DNA from: Lama guanicoe
Lineage: Eukaryota
Direction of reading: 5' to 3'
NCBI GenBank assembly: GCA_013239625.1
Contig: MU053881.1
Location: 1,736,001 to 1,800,000, forward strand
Length of the DNA stretch: 64,000 bases
The notes beneath the pieces were generated by a model. It had not been told where the DNA came from and searched no databases. It was given only the letters and a program-made list of their open reading frames with translations. How positions within the stretch are numbered: the first letter of the stretch is position 1; the number at the start of each line of letters is the position of its first letter. Positions 26,201-36,855 of this stretch are shown here, one piece after another. The translations under genes were made by a program, and so were the position numbers.

Positions 26201-26891
26201 AATGCCTTGGTTGACTTGCCCTTTTATTTTCCTGGGTTCCCTGGCATTGTTCCTTCTCAAAAGTCCCACCGGTGCTAAAGAAAAGAAGTTCAGCCCACAT
26301 GGCAGCTAAGGAGCTCTGTGGTACGAGGGCAAGGATTCCTCCACTCCCCAACACGTTCGCCCAGAAGATGCACACAGAGGCCCAGGGCACCCCCTCCCCA
26401 CTCACCATGACCATGGAGGAGCTACAGCCCAGGTCAACAGCCCCCAACCCTGACCTTCCACAATTCTCTGGACCAAGACCCGGGACAGGCCCAACGTTTT
26501 CAAGCCGGTGCCTCCTCGTAGAAAATGTGATTTTATTCTGGGAAGGCCAGTGTTCCCATTGCAGCCTCCCTCCCTCATGCCTGCCCTTCTGCATCATGGG
26601 CTCTTCACTCCCCAACCTCCTTTCCTGGGCCATGCCTATTCCAGGGAGCAGGGCCGGGCCCTGCCTCGGTGCTCCTCAGCCAGGAGCACCTTGCCCTGGC
26701 TCCTGCCACTGGCAGCCCATCCAGCCCACAGCCCCACTGGATCCCTCCTCTTGGCGAGTCTCCCCGTCTCTGGCTGGTCTCAGCAGATTCTGCCCCAGAC
26801 CAACCAACATAAGGAAGGAGCCGGCTGTCTCAGGACGGGCTGGTTCAAGCCGTCTCCTGACAGTGGTTCTGCTGTCAGCTCGCTCTGGGCC

Positions 26892-27419
26892 TCAGATCTT
26901 GGAGGACTCGAGCCGAGGGCTCCAGGGTGTGGGGGGCTCCCGCAGAGCCCGCAGCTCCTGTTCCAGAGCCTGGTTGCGGCGGTACATGTCCATGTAGCCC
27001 CCCTGGATCTCCCGCTGGTAGCGCAGCACCCGCTCCTTCTCCTCCTGCCACGTCCGCCGCTCCTGCTCGAAGCGCAGCGCCTGCTCCTGGCCCCGGAGCC
27101 GCTCCTGCAGTAGCTCAGCCCGCAGCTGCTCGGCCCCGTCTCCGGCCTCACTGCCCCCTGCCTCCCCCAGCAGCCCCCTGCTCTTGCAGTCATCCGTCTC
27201 ACAGCTGCCCGGGGCCTCCTCCCGAGGCGCCTGCTCCTGCAGGCTCCGCACGGCCTCACGCAGCCGGGCCAGCTCCGTGTCCTGGGCCTGGGCTTGTGCC
27301 CGGCTGCCCCGAAGTTGCGTCTTCAGGCTGAAGATCTCAGCCAGCTTCTGCGCCAGCTCGGCCTGGGCCTCCCGCAGCTGCTGCTTCAGGAGGCTGATCT
27401 CCGCTGTCTTCTGGCACAC
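26892..27419 (-). CDS. N4BP3: N4BP3 last coding exon (Fez1 coiled coil, stop)
   Basis: VCQKTAEISLLKQQLREAQAELAQKLAEIFSLK...PWSPRLESSKI*; four exons sum to 1632 nt = 543 aa + stop. Confidence 0.97.
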   Translation of the reverse strand: MCQKTAEISLLKQQLREAQAELAQKLAEIFSLKTQLRGSRAQAQAQDTELARLREAVRSLQEQAPREEAPGSCETDDCKSRGLLGEAGGSEAGDGAEQLRAELLQERLRGQEQALRFEQERRTWQEEKERVLRYQREIQGGYMDMYRRNQALEQELRALREPPTPWSPRLESSKI

Positions 27420-27543
27420 CTGGAGGGGCACCAGGATGGGCAAGAGCCCAGCAAAGCAGGGTCAGTGGGGCCGGGCTGGAGGGCAGACTGAGGATGGGAC
27501 TACTGCCATGGGGGCAGGGGTTTCTGAATGCCTGGTCTCTCAC

Positions 27544-27798
27544 CTCCCATCGGGCTTCCTCCTCTGGTCGGGCGCTGGGATCAGCCTCTGGGAGGGCGGC
27601 TGGAGGCCGGGGCTCGGGGCCCAGGCCCTGCTGTGCCCGCAGCTCCTTGCGCAGGCGCCGCTGCTCCTGCTGGGCCATGAACAGCTGTAGCTGGAGGTTG
27701 CGCTCACTGCGCTCGGCCTTCTGGGCCACCTCGTGCAGCCGCTCCACGTACAGGCGCTTCAGCTCAGCCAGCCACAGCCGCTGGCGCTCCTCCAGCAC
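27544..27798 (-). CDS. N4BP3: N4BP3 coding exon 3
   Basis: VLEERQRLWLAELKRLYVERLHEV...EEEARWE; ggcag| and |gtgaga. Confidence 0.97.
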
Positions 27799-28200
27799 CT
27801 GCCAAGGGGAAGAGGAACCTGCCATGCCGACACCCACGCCCGGCCCTGCCCCTTGGACGCCAACTGCCTGCCTTCCCATAGCGGGCCCACCGCTCTGACA
27901 CTCCAGCTGGGCCCAGGGCCCAACGCTCTGGCCACACTTGGGCCCTAACTCAGAAGTCCTCCAGAGGTGAAATGTCCCCAACACATGGCCTCCCCAAGGA
28001 GTCTACTGCCCCCCCCCACAGCTCCCACAAGGACCACCAATGACATGACATCCCTGCCATGCGGGATTTGGGGAAAGAAGCCAAACTATCTCCCTCTTCC
28101 TTATTCTCTCAGAGCCACGTGGGAGAGCTAGCTGGTGACCCTCTGCCCTGGACGCCAGTGCCCTGACAGAAGAGGACCCTGGGGCAGGGACGGCTCTCAC

Positions 28201-28728
28201 CTGCGTGAAGGGACTGGAGCCATCTTCGTCACCGAGGCCCCTCTTGAGCTCCTCACAGCTGTCGGGCAGCACGGCCACCATCTCCTCAGCGGTGGGGCAG
28301 GAGAACTCGTAGGGGGGTGGTGGCTCGGGCAGGCAGTTTAGCACACCCAGCGGCCCACCCTCCTTGGGGCCCCGGGAGGCCCGGTCCAGGGAGCCCCCCA
28401 GGTGGTTAATGTGGCCCAGAGAGGAACTGAAGGGGCCGGGGCCAGTGCTGGGACTGCGGCCAAAGCTGCCCCCGCTGGAGGAGTCGGACAAACTAGGCTC
28501 GGGCTCGGGGCCGCCCTCATCCAGGCTGAGGGCGTGCAGCAGCTGGGCGCGGGCCTGGGCCTGGCTGACCCGGGGCCCCGGGCTCAGGGGCGGGTGGCAG
28601 GCCAGCGTGTGCAGGCTGCCGTTGCTGCGCCACAGTTTCTGGCCCTTGTGGGCCGCCAGGCTCTGCATGGACAGGAAGCCCTTCCCGGTGCCCGCCACTG
28701 GCTTGAACACCGATGGGCGAATGCGGCA
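28201..28728 (-). CDS. N4BP3: N4BP3 coding exon 2 (PPPY WW-binding motif)
   Basis: CRIRPSVFKP...LPEPPPPYEF...SPFTQ; ggcag| and |gtgaga. Confidence 0.97.
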
Positions 28729-28954
28729 CTGCCAGGAAGAGAGGACAGGTGTGAGGCCCTGGGCTGAGTGCTCTGCAGCCCCTGGGGGTCCTCTTTGAGA
28801 ACATGGGGTGCATGTCACCAGGAGGCAGTGACCAAGCCTCAGGCCAGACCATAGCAAGACTTTCGTATCCCATCCCAGCATCAGGATGTTCAAGGAGGCC
28901 CCCAGCCCCCCACCCCACCCTCCCACACTGGGGAGGGGCACGGCAGAGGCACAC

Positions 28955-29275
28955 CTTGTCAAATCGACCCCGCTCAGGCAGCGAAGTCTTGCTGAAGTCA
29001 CCGGCCCGAGGATGCTCCCGGTAGTAGAGGGTGGTATAGTCGGCAGGCTCATTCCGAGCGGCCCGCTTGGTGGTCTTGCTGTCCTTCTTGGGGAGGTGCA
29101 GGTAGCTGAGGATCTCACGCTGGCCCAAGCCTTTCCGGAAGAGCCCGTCAGGCTGGCGGGAGCCCCGGGACCCTGCGAGTGCCTCCCGCAGCTCTTCAGG
29201 GGAGAAGTCCTGGCGTTCCAACAGGCTGCCCACACTGCCCATGACAATGCCAGCAGGGCCTGGGGCTGTGGCCAT
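28955..29275 (-). CDS. N4BP3: NEDD4-binding protein 3, coding exon 1
   Basis: MATAPGPAGIVMGSVGSLLERQDFSPEEL...RGRFDK; donor |gtgtgc; exon begins at 29305 after ccccag|. Confidence 0.96.
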
Positions 29276-32200
29276 GAAGTTTCAACAGGGCACAGGCGGC
29301 TGCTTCTGGGGGTCGAGGGGCTCCATCAGGGGCAGGTAGGAGCTTACTACCTAGCTCCCCGGATGCCCAAAAACCAGGTGATTGCCCTCTATATCAGCTC
29401 CCCACCTGGCCCACCCAGCAGTGGCACGTGTGGGTCCCAGAGAGAATCCAGACAGGATTCCTTGGCCGGCAAGAGAAAGGGGTAGTGTGTGGTGGGAGAC
29501 ACGGGGGGTCCAGGACATGAGGCAGCAGAATAGGGGCCCCACCCAGGGCTGGGCCAGCTGAGGACTCCAGCTCCGTCTGACTATAATTTTGTCCATTCTC
29601 CTGCCAGGCTCCTCACCCAATTTGGCAGGTGGACAGAGGGTCCAGGGAACAGGGGCCAATGGCCTCGGACTCCTGAGCCCTTCTTCCTCCCCTGGGTGGG
29701 GGAAACTCGGTTCAACCCCTCTTCCTTCAGAGGCTCCGAGTTCCCAAGGGAAGCACCTGGCCTGGGTGGGGCTGGGAGCTGCAGCGGGAGGGATCCAAAC
29801 AGGAAGGGCCCGAGAAGGAAGGATGGACGGCAGGAACAATGGCCACAGTTTCCGGAACAGGTGTTCATGTCGGGGCAGCGGTGGGAGGCAGGGGAAGGGG
29901 CAGTGAAGCCCCTGCCAGCCCCTGTATATGCTGCCATTCCAAAGCCCACCACCAGGCCCGGGGTCGGGGGTTGTCCAAATCCTGACCCAGCGTGGAGCCA
30001 GTCAGTGTGTGGTCGGTGGCTTCCTCATCTGGACAATAACCACGACAACTCTTATCACTCAGGGATGCTGGGAGGATTGACTGAGATAAGAGAACAGAAA
30101 GTCCAGTCCGGGGCTGGCCCGTGGCCTGGGTCAACATAGGCTGGCTGAAGTTGAGCTCAGCTGGCAGACACATGAACGCCGCCAGCGGGCAGCCAAGTGA
30201 CCAGGTTACGGATTGTCTCCCACCCGTGTTGGGACCACACTATGGAGGGCAGGGCCTAGTGCCCTGCTGGGTCCCCTGTGTCCAGGCCAACACCTGGCAC
30301 ACAGGAGGAGGTCAGGAAGTACTTGTCAGATGAATGAATGCCACCTTCTTTGCCCCCCACCCAGCTGCTCCCATTCCTGGACTGCAAGTCCCCGGCCACC
30401 CACCCAATATGCTTCCGGGACACCCACTCCTGTCCCAAACAATGGTTAGGAGGTTCCATCTTCCTCAACCATTTCCAGGTTTTGTGTTTGTAGAAGACAA
30501 AGCTCACGGGGAGGGCAGGCCCTGCCCCCATATCCTGTGGCCCTCAACACTGCTCTGGGCGAAAGTAACCTCCCAACCCTCCCCACACGGCCCCCAGATG
30601 GCTCAGCCCCTCTCGGGATATCACAGGCCACACAGGGTGAGGGGATCATCCAGATAAGGAATCGCAGGTGCTGGGCACCTACAGCGACACAGCCCTGCGT
30701 GGGGGTCTCGTGGAGTCTTAGGACATAGTTAACTGTCCGTTTTTTTAGGTGAGGGCACTGGGACTCTGAAAAGTGAAGTTGGCTTGCCCAGGGTCACAGA
30801 GCTGGTCAGAGTGAGGGTGCTTGTCATCCCAGCACCATGGTTGCCAAATGTCGAGTAGGGACCCAGGATGTCACCCACAGCCCAAGAGCTGGAATGGGAG
30901 CATTTTGCCTCCCAATCTGACACCCCCTCACCCTGACAAGCCAACCTAGCAACAGACACCACTGTGTCCAAGAGCCCACTGAACTCCTGTCACAGCTTCC
31001 TGGGAAGGCAGACAGCAGAGAACCTGGTCTCCAGCCCCGCCCCCACACTCTCTCTCCACGGAGAAGCACCTCCCTTCTCCAGGCCACAGTTTCCCCATCT
31101 TTCTCCTAAGTGGGAAAGACCCTGCCGGCCCTGCCTTCCTCCTGGGGTTTCTGTGACTGTAACAGAGACAGGGAGGTGAAAGGGCTTGTGAACGGCAAGC
31201 CCGGTGAGAGCACGGGGGTGGGGACTGTGGCAACGGTGCCAAGTCCGCCCACTTCACACACTGCCTCGGGCTCCCCTGGGCAGAGCCTCACTTCCTGTCT
31301 GAGGGAGCAATAACCGACACCCCATGATCCCCACGAAGGGTCTCAGGTCCAGGGGAGAGGCAGCCATGGGCCAAAATAGCACGTACCTCACACTCACACC
31401 GCAGTCTAGTCGGCGCCCCTGGCAGCACCAAAGCTCCTCCGTTAGAGGACACAGCGCAGACCCAACAGCAGACAGTCATGCTCAAGGTCATCCACACAGC
31501 ACTGAGCACCTTCAGACACACACAGCACACGAATACCCAGGTGTCCTCCCAGCCCCAAGGCTAGATGTAGGGGAGTGAGAGTATGTGTGCGCGCGCGCGC
31601 ACGCACGTGCGAGTGAGCAGGTGGTGAGAGGGGCCTGTGACCGGCTTCTCTTCACAAGCGTGTTGAGCAGTTAGAAACAGCGGAGCTGGCTGGAGGGGCA
31701 CAAACAGCCCTAGCCCTTCCCTTTGTCTTTCCCTAAGGCCCCCCACCCTCCACCCTTCCTAGATAACTTCTCTGGCTGTATTATTAGCTGAGGCCCCTGG
31801 CTTTCAGGAGGCTCCGCCCTGCCCAGGTCTCAGTCTGGGGACAGTCCCTTTTCCTAAAGGAGTCCATCCACCTCCCCTGCCTCCCCGCAACACACACATT
31901 CCTTCCGGTTGCTTGGAAGCCCGGGGCCTGGCCCAGTCAGTCCAGAGCCAGCTGTGCAGGAGAGGATGTGGTGGGGGAGTGGGAGGAGAGACAGCAAGTG
32001 CCTTGCAGTCTTACTAGGACCATCAGAGCAAAAAGTGGGGCCTCCTCCAAGTGCCTGGGCTGCGCTGCCCAGAGCTCAGTACCTGCCTGGGGCCCAGAGC
32101 TCTGCACAGAGCTGAAACCCCCTACCACCCGGCCAGCTGGGTTTGACTGGGCTACATAGGCCACATTCTGCGCAGGTCGCTGCTGGCCCCAACTGGGCCT

Positions 32201-33949
32201 CTTTATTTCTGTTCCCACCTCCCTTTCCACCCCGTCCAAGATCAGCCAGCAGCACCGAGAGCTCCGGACACCAGTAGCATCTACTTTGGTCCAACCCTTG
32301 GTGGAGACAGAATGGGGCTGGGGGACTACCCTGGCCATGATGCAGAGAGAGGACACACAGGGAGGCATCCACTTGTCCCTCAGTGAGTGCCTTGTTGGGT
32401 CAGCCTGATCCAGGGCTGTTGGGCCTGCCACATGCTCACAACACACAAAGGGGGATATTGTCATTCCCCACTTCAGAAGAAAAAACTGAGGTCCAGGAGG
32501 TAAAATAATGTGCCCAGGGTCACATTCAGCTGCACAGGAGAAAGTGCACAGGCTCCCTACATTTAGAAGCCTGCCCTGACCTCACTGTGCATCTCCTGTG
32601 GGGTGGGAAGTCCCAGAGCATGAGGGTAGGAAGCTCCCAGCCGGCCTCGGCCGTCTTCATCCCCTCCTGAACCCTGGCCCCAGGGGAGGGTCCCACCACC
32701 TGCTGGGGGATCAGCTTTGCTGAGGGGCGTGTCTGCAGCTGCCCCTGAGGAATGGGACTGGAATGTCCCAGCTCTAAAAGAGGGGCCCAGGGAGGGGGCA
32801 GGAGAGGCTGGCATTCCCTAGCCCCACTGAGACACTTGAAGAGGCAAAGTCCAGCGTCTAAGTCCCGCAGGAGTGATTCTTAGCATCACTATATGGTCAC
32901 CTATAATTGCATGGCACCCTAGTTTTTATCAGCCCTTTCATTTCATCATCTCATCTCCACAACAGCCTTATAGAAGCAGGCAGAACAGTAGTTACCCTCA
33001 CCCCCATACTATAGATAGGGAAACTGAGGCCCAGAAAGAAGTGAGCTGCCCAAGATCCTACATGATGAGCAATCCCAACTCCCTAGGCAAGACCCTCTCT
33101 TCTGTCCTAGGCTGCCTCAGCCGATGGTCACCAGCTGCCCTCCATGGGCATACACTGCTGTGGAGTAAGTCAGCTCAGCTCCCCGCTCCTGCTTCTCCCA
33201 AGGGCACCTGCAACCAGTTTGGTTTGGATCCCAGGCCCCTCAGCCTGGAATATCCCCTGCCTACCCCTAGGTCAGGAAGAAATAGTGGAAGTGCTCTGTG
33301 TGGGGACTCAGCCCTGCAAACTGCTAGCTCTAGAGGCGGTGGCGGGTCGCATTCATTCAGTCTCGCACATACACACCCACACAGCCAGCCGGCAGGCAGA
33401 GGAGCCCTGCCCAGGAGGGCTCTGGGAGGAGGCTGATTACTGGGCCCAGGATGGCCTACTGCCTCTTCTCCCTCCCTAGGCCAGGCAAGGAGCGCGCACC
33501 AAAATCCCTGGACAGGCTGAGCCCCTGGTGTAAATGAGGAGAGCCCTAATCTGCTCGTGGAGGCGTGGAGGCTGGGGATTGCCAGGTGGGAGACGACAGG
33601 TCCCAGTCCTTTTTCCGGACGCAGTCAGGGCCCCGATTTCCGCCTGGCCCCAGGCAGGCCCTCACTTTGGCCAAAGGTTGTGGCCAGACTGGGATGGTGC
33701 TCAAGACCTGAGCGCATCCCCTATCCACAGGATCCCTGGCAGCAGGCTGGCAGCTGCCGCCGGTACAGGGCAAGGGGTTGATGGAGGAAGGGGGTACCTC
33801 GGAGCGGGCGGGAGAGAGCAGGAGAAGGGTCTCAAGAGGAAGGTGAGGGGGCAGAAGAGGTTGGCATCTCCATGGAGTTTCCCCGGGAAAGGCTGTGGCA
33901 GAGGCGAGGGCTCCCAGAACTAAGAGAGGTCCTCGACCTACTTGGGGGG

Positions 33950-35030
33950 CGGGAGGGGACGTCTCTTCCAGGCCCCTCTCTGAGGCCTGCCCCGAATCGA
34001 TGGGCTGGAGGCGCGGAAGCCGAGGTCAGACTCCCGTGCTAAGGGCGTCTGCCCCACCCCAGCGGCGGCGCAGGGGTCCCAGCTCCAAGGAAAGCGCGCT
34101 TGCATGGGTTAAGGAGAGCAGCGAGACCTGCCGCGCGCCCTTCCAGCGGAGCGCCCCTGCTCGCAGATGGTCTCTGATCCCGTACCTCGGTGCTACGGTG
34201 TCTGGAAGCAGAAGGTACCTGGGCGCACACCGCACCTTGCCACCTCCGCCCACTTCTCAGACGGGAACCTCGGCGGGCGAACGGCTGCGCCTTGGCCAAG
34301 GTCGCCGGGAAGGCTAGACCTTGGCGGCCGACCCCACCCCCCGAGTCCGGCCCCGGGCCCCCGCCCGAGCCCCAGCCCCCGGCGCGCCCCACTCACCATG
34401 CTGGCGCTGCTCCGCACCCCGCGCACGCTGCGGCTCCTTCGCGCGGATTCGAACCCTCTCTCCAGGGCGCCGGCTCCAGCCGAGACTGCGAGCCGGGCCG
34501 GAGCGGCGGGGCGGCAGGCGCCGAGAAAACGCGGGCGGGCGGGCGCCGGAGCCGGATTGGCGAGGTAGGGACGCGCTCTGCGGCCCTCGCTCGCCTGCCC
34601 CAGAGACGGAGGGAAAACCCGGCCTGACTCACCGGCGCGCGGCCGGCCCAGAGCCCGGCCCGGGCCCCCGGATGTGGGGGGCGGAGACGGGGGGCCACCC
34701 CCGCCCACCGCGTGCCAACCTGAGCCCCGCCCGGGCTCGCGGCTCCAGCCCGGCCCGGCCCGCCGAGGCGCCGCGAGGCGGTGGCGCCCGAGCCCTCTAC
34801 CGGTTGCGCTCTGCGCCGCGGCCGCAGCGTGCGCCCCAGCTCGGACCCGGGAGGATCCGCACCCCCGAGCGCAGCCGACGCCCCTAGAGGCGCCTCCGCC
34901 TCCGCCTCCGCCTCCTCCTCCTCCTCCTGGCCTCGCCCGCCCCTCTAGGTTTCCAGAACCTGACAGCTTCCGAAGAGGCACATTTCGACCATCACTTCCC
35001 TGATCCTCGCCGCCTCCTCTTAGGTAAGTA
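33950..35030 (-). promoter_or_regulatory. CpG island / N4BP3 promoter and non-coding exon 1
   Basis: very CpG-rich; consensus donor ATG|gtgagt at 34396; second donor CCG|gtgagt at 34632. Confidence 0.8.
34891..34928. repeat. (CGCCTC)n/(CCT)n simple repeat
   Basis: cgcctccgcctccgcctccgcctcctcctcctcctcct. Confidence 0.85.
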
Positions 35031-35329
35031 GTAGTATTCTCTTTCGAGGCTAAGCAAAATAGCACTCGGAGAGATGTGGAGAGATTTACCCAAGGTCCCT
35101 GGCTCGTTAGCGACTGAATTGGGCGCCAGGGTTTTTAGCTGGCAAAGCCTTCTAGGGGCAGCAAATTCAGATACCTTCAGGGGCCAGACAAATAATGTGA
35201 GTCAAAGGGGCGGGTGTAAGACAATAGAAGATAAGGAAACTGAGACAGAGATGGGCACCTAAAGGCATTCAAAGTCAAGTATTAAAACACCATGGCGTCC
35301 TCAAAAGCTTTAAACGTGTAGTGAGTGAA

Positions 35330-35870
35330 AGACCTAGCAATTCCACACCTAGGTATGTACCGCAAAGAATTGGAAACAGGGAATCAGACACTTGTGCATG
35401 AATGTTCAAATGCTTGTAGCAGGACTGTTCACAATAGCTCAGAGGTAGGAACAATCCAAGCGTCCATCAACAGATAAATGGTTACACAAATTACGGTATA
35501 TCTATACGATGGAATATTATTCAGCCAAAAAAAGGAATAGAGTTCTGATACATGCTACAGCAGGGACAAACCGCCAAACAATTCTGCCAAGTGAAAGAAA
35601 CCAGACACAAAGGGCCACATGTGGTATGATTCCACTTACATGAAGCAGGTAAATCTATACAGATAGAAGGCAGATTAGGGCCAGAGGCTGTGGGGAGGGA
35701 GGAATGAGGAGTGACTTCTTAGAGGGCCTGGGGTTTCCTTTTGGGATGAGGAAAATGTTTTGGAACCAGATAGAGGTGGCGGTTGCACAACATTGTGAGT
35801 GTACTAAGTGCCATTGAATTGTATCATTTAAAAATGGTTAATTTTATTTTATATGAATTTTACTTCAATT
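35330..35870 (+). mobile_element. old L1M 3' fragment
   Basis: gacctagcaattccacacctaggtat...gtggcggttgcacaacattgtg. Confidence 0.75.
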
Positions 35871-36016
35871 TAGAAACAGACATCATGTTACCCACGGATC
35901 AAATTTGGCCCACAGGCCACCAGCTTGCAACCCCTGTCTTGCTGTCCTCACCAGTTTCCTAACAATGGAAGTGCCCAAATTCGGAGGACTTGTCCAGTTA
36001 AGAAAACTCATTAATA

Positions 36017-36855
36017 GAGGTATCACCTCACACCAGTCAGAATGGCCATCATTCAAAGTCCACAAATGATAAATGCTGGAGACAGTGTGGAGAAAAGGGA
36101 ACCCTCCTACACTGCTGGTGGGAATGTAATTTGGTGCAGCCTTTATGGAAAACACTGTGGCGAGTCCTCAAAAGACTAGGAATAGACTTACCATATGACC
36201 CAGGAATCCCGCTCCTGGACATATATCCAGAGGGAACCTTAATTCAAAAAGATCCATGCACCCCAATGTTCATAGCAGCACTATTTACAATAGCCAAGAC
36301 ATGGAAACAACCTAAATGTTCATCGACAGATGACTGGATAAAGAAGTTGTGGTATATCTATACAACGGAATACTCCACAGCCATAAAAAATAATACAATA
36401 ATGTCATTTGCAGCAACATGGATGGACCTGGAGATTGTCATTCTAAGTAAAAGTAAGCCAGAAAGAGAAAGAAAAATACCATATGAGATCATTTGTATGT
36501 GGAAACTAAAAAAAAAAAAGACAAACTTATTTACAAAACAGAAACAGACTCACAGAAATAGAAAACAAACTTACGGTTATGGGAGGGAGGGGTGAGGAGG
36601 GATAAATTAACGAGTTCAAGATTTGAAGATACTAACTAATATATATAAAATAGATGAATAACAAGTTCATACTGTATAACACAGGGAAGTATATTCAACA
36701 TCTTATAGTAACTTATGGTGAAAAAGAATATGAAACCAAATACATGTATGTTCATGTATGACTGAAGCATTGTGCTGTACACAAGAAATTGACATATTGT
36801 AAACTGACTATACTTCAATAAAATATATATATAAAGGAAAGAAAAAAAAAGAAAA
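36017..36855 (+). mobile_element. younger 5'-truncated L1 (ORF2 C-terminus, 3' UTR, A tail)
   Basis: ORF 36131-36595 is the L1 ORF2 end ([41 protein letters not shown]); aataaa plus A-rich tail. Confidence 0.92.

Noticed and set aside
26272..28798. Plus-strand ORFs opposite N4BP3
   Set aside because: Antisense shadows of GC-rich coiled-coil coding sequence
28003..29247. 414-aa single ORF
   Set aside because: It is N4BP3 coding exon 2 extended through intron and off-frame sequence, not a separate gene
34167..35065. Up to 290-aa ORFs over the N4BP3 CpG island
   Set aside because: Same GC-content artefact, with no recognisable domain
36131..36595. 154-aa ORF
   Set aside because: L1 ORF2 C-terminal remnant, not a host gene
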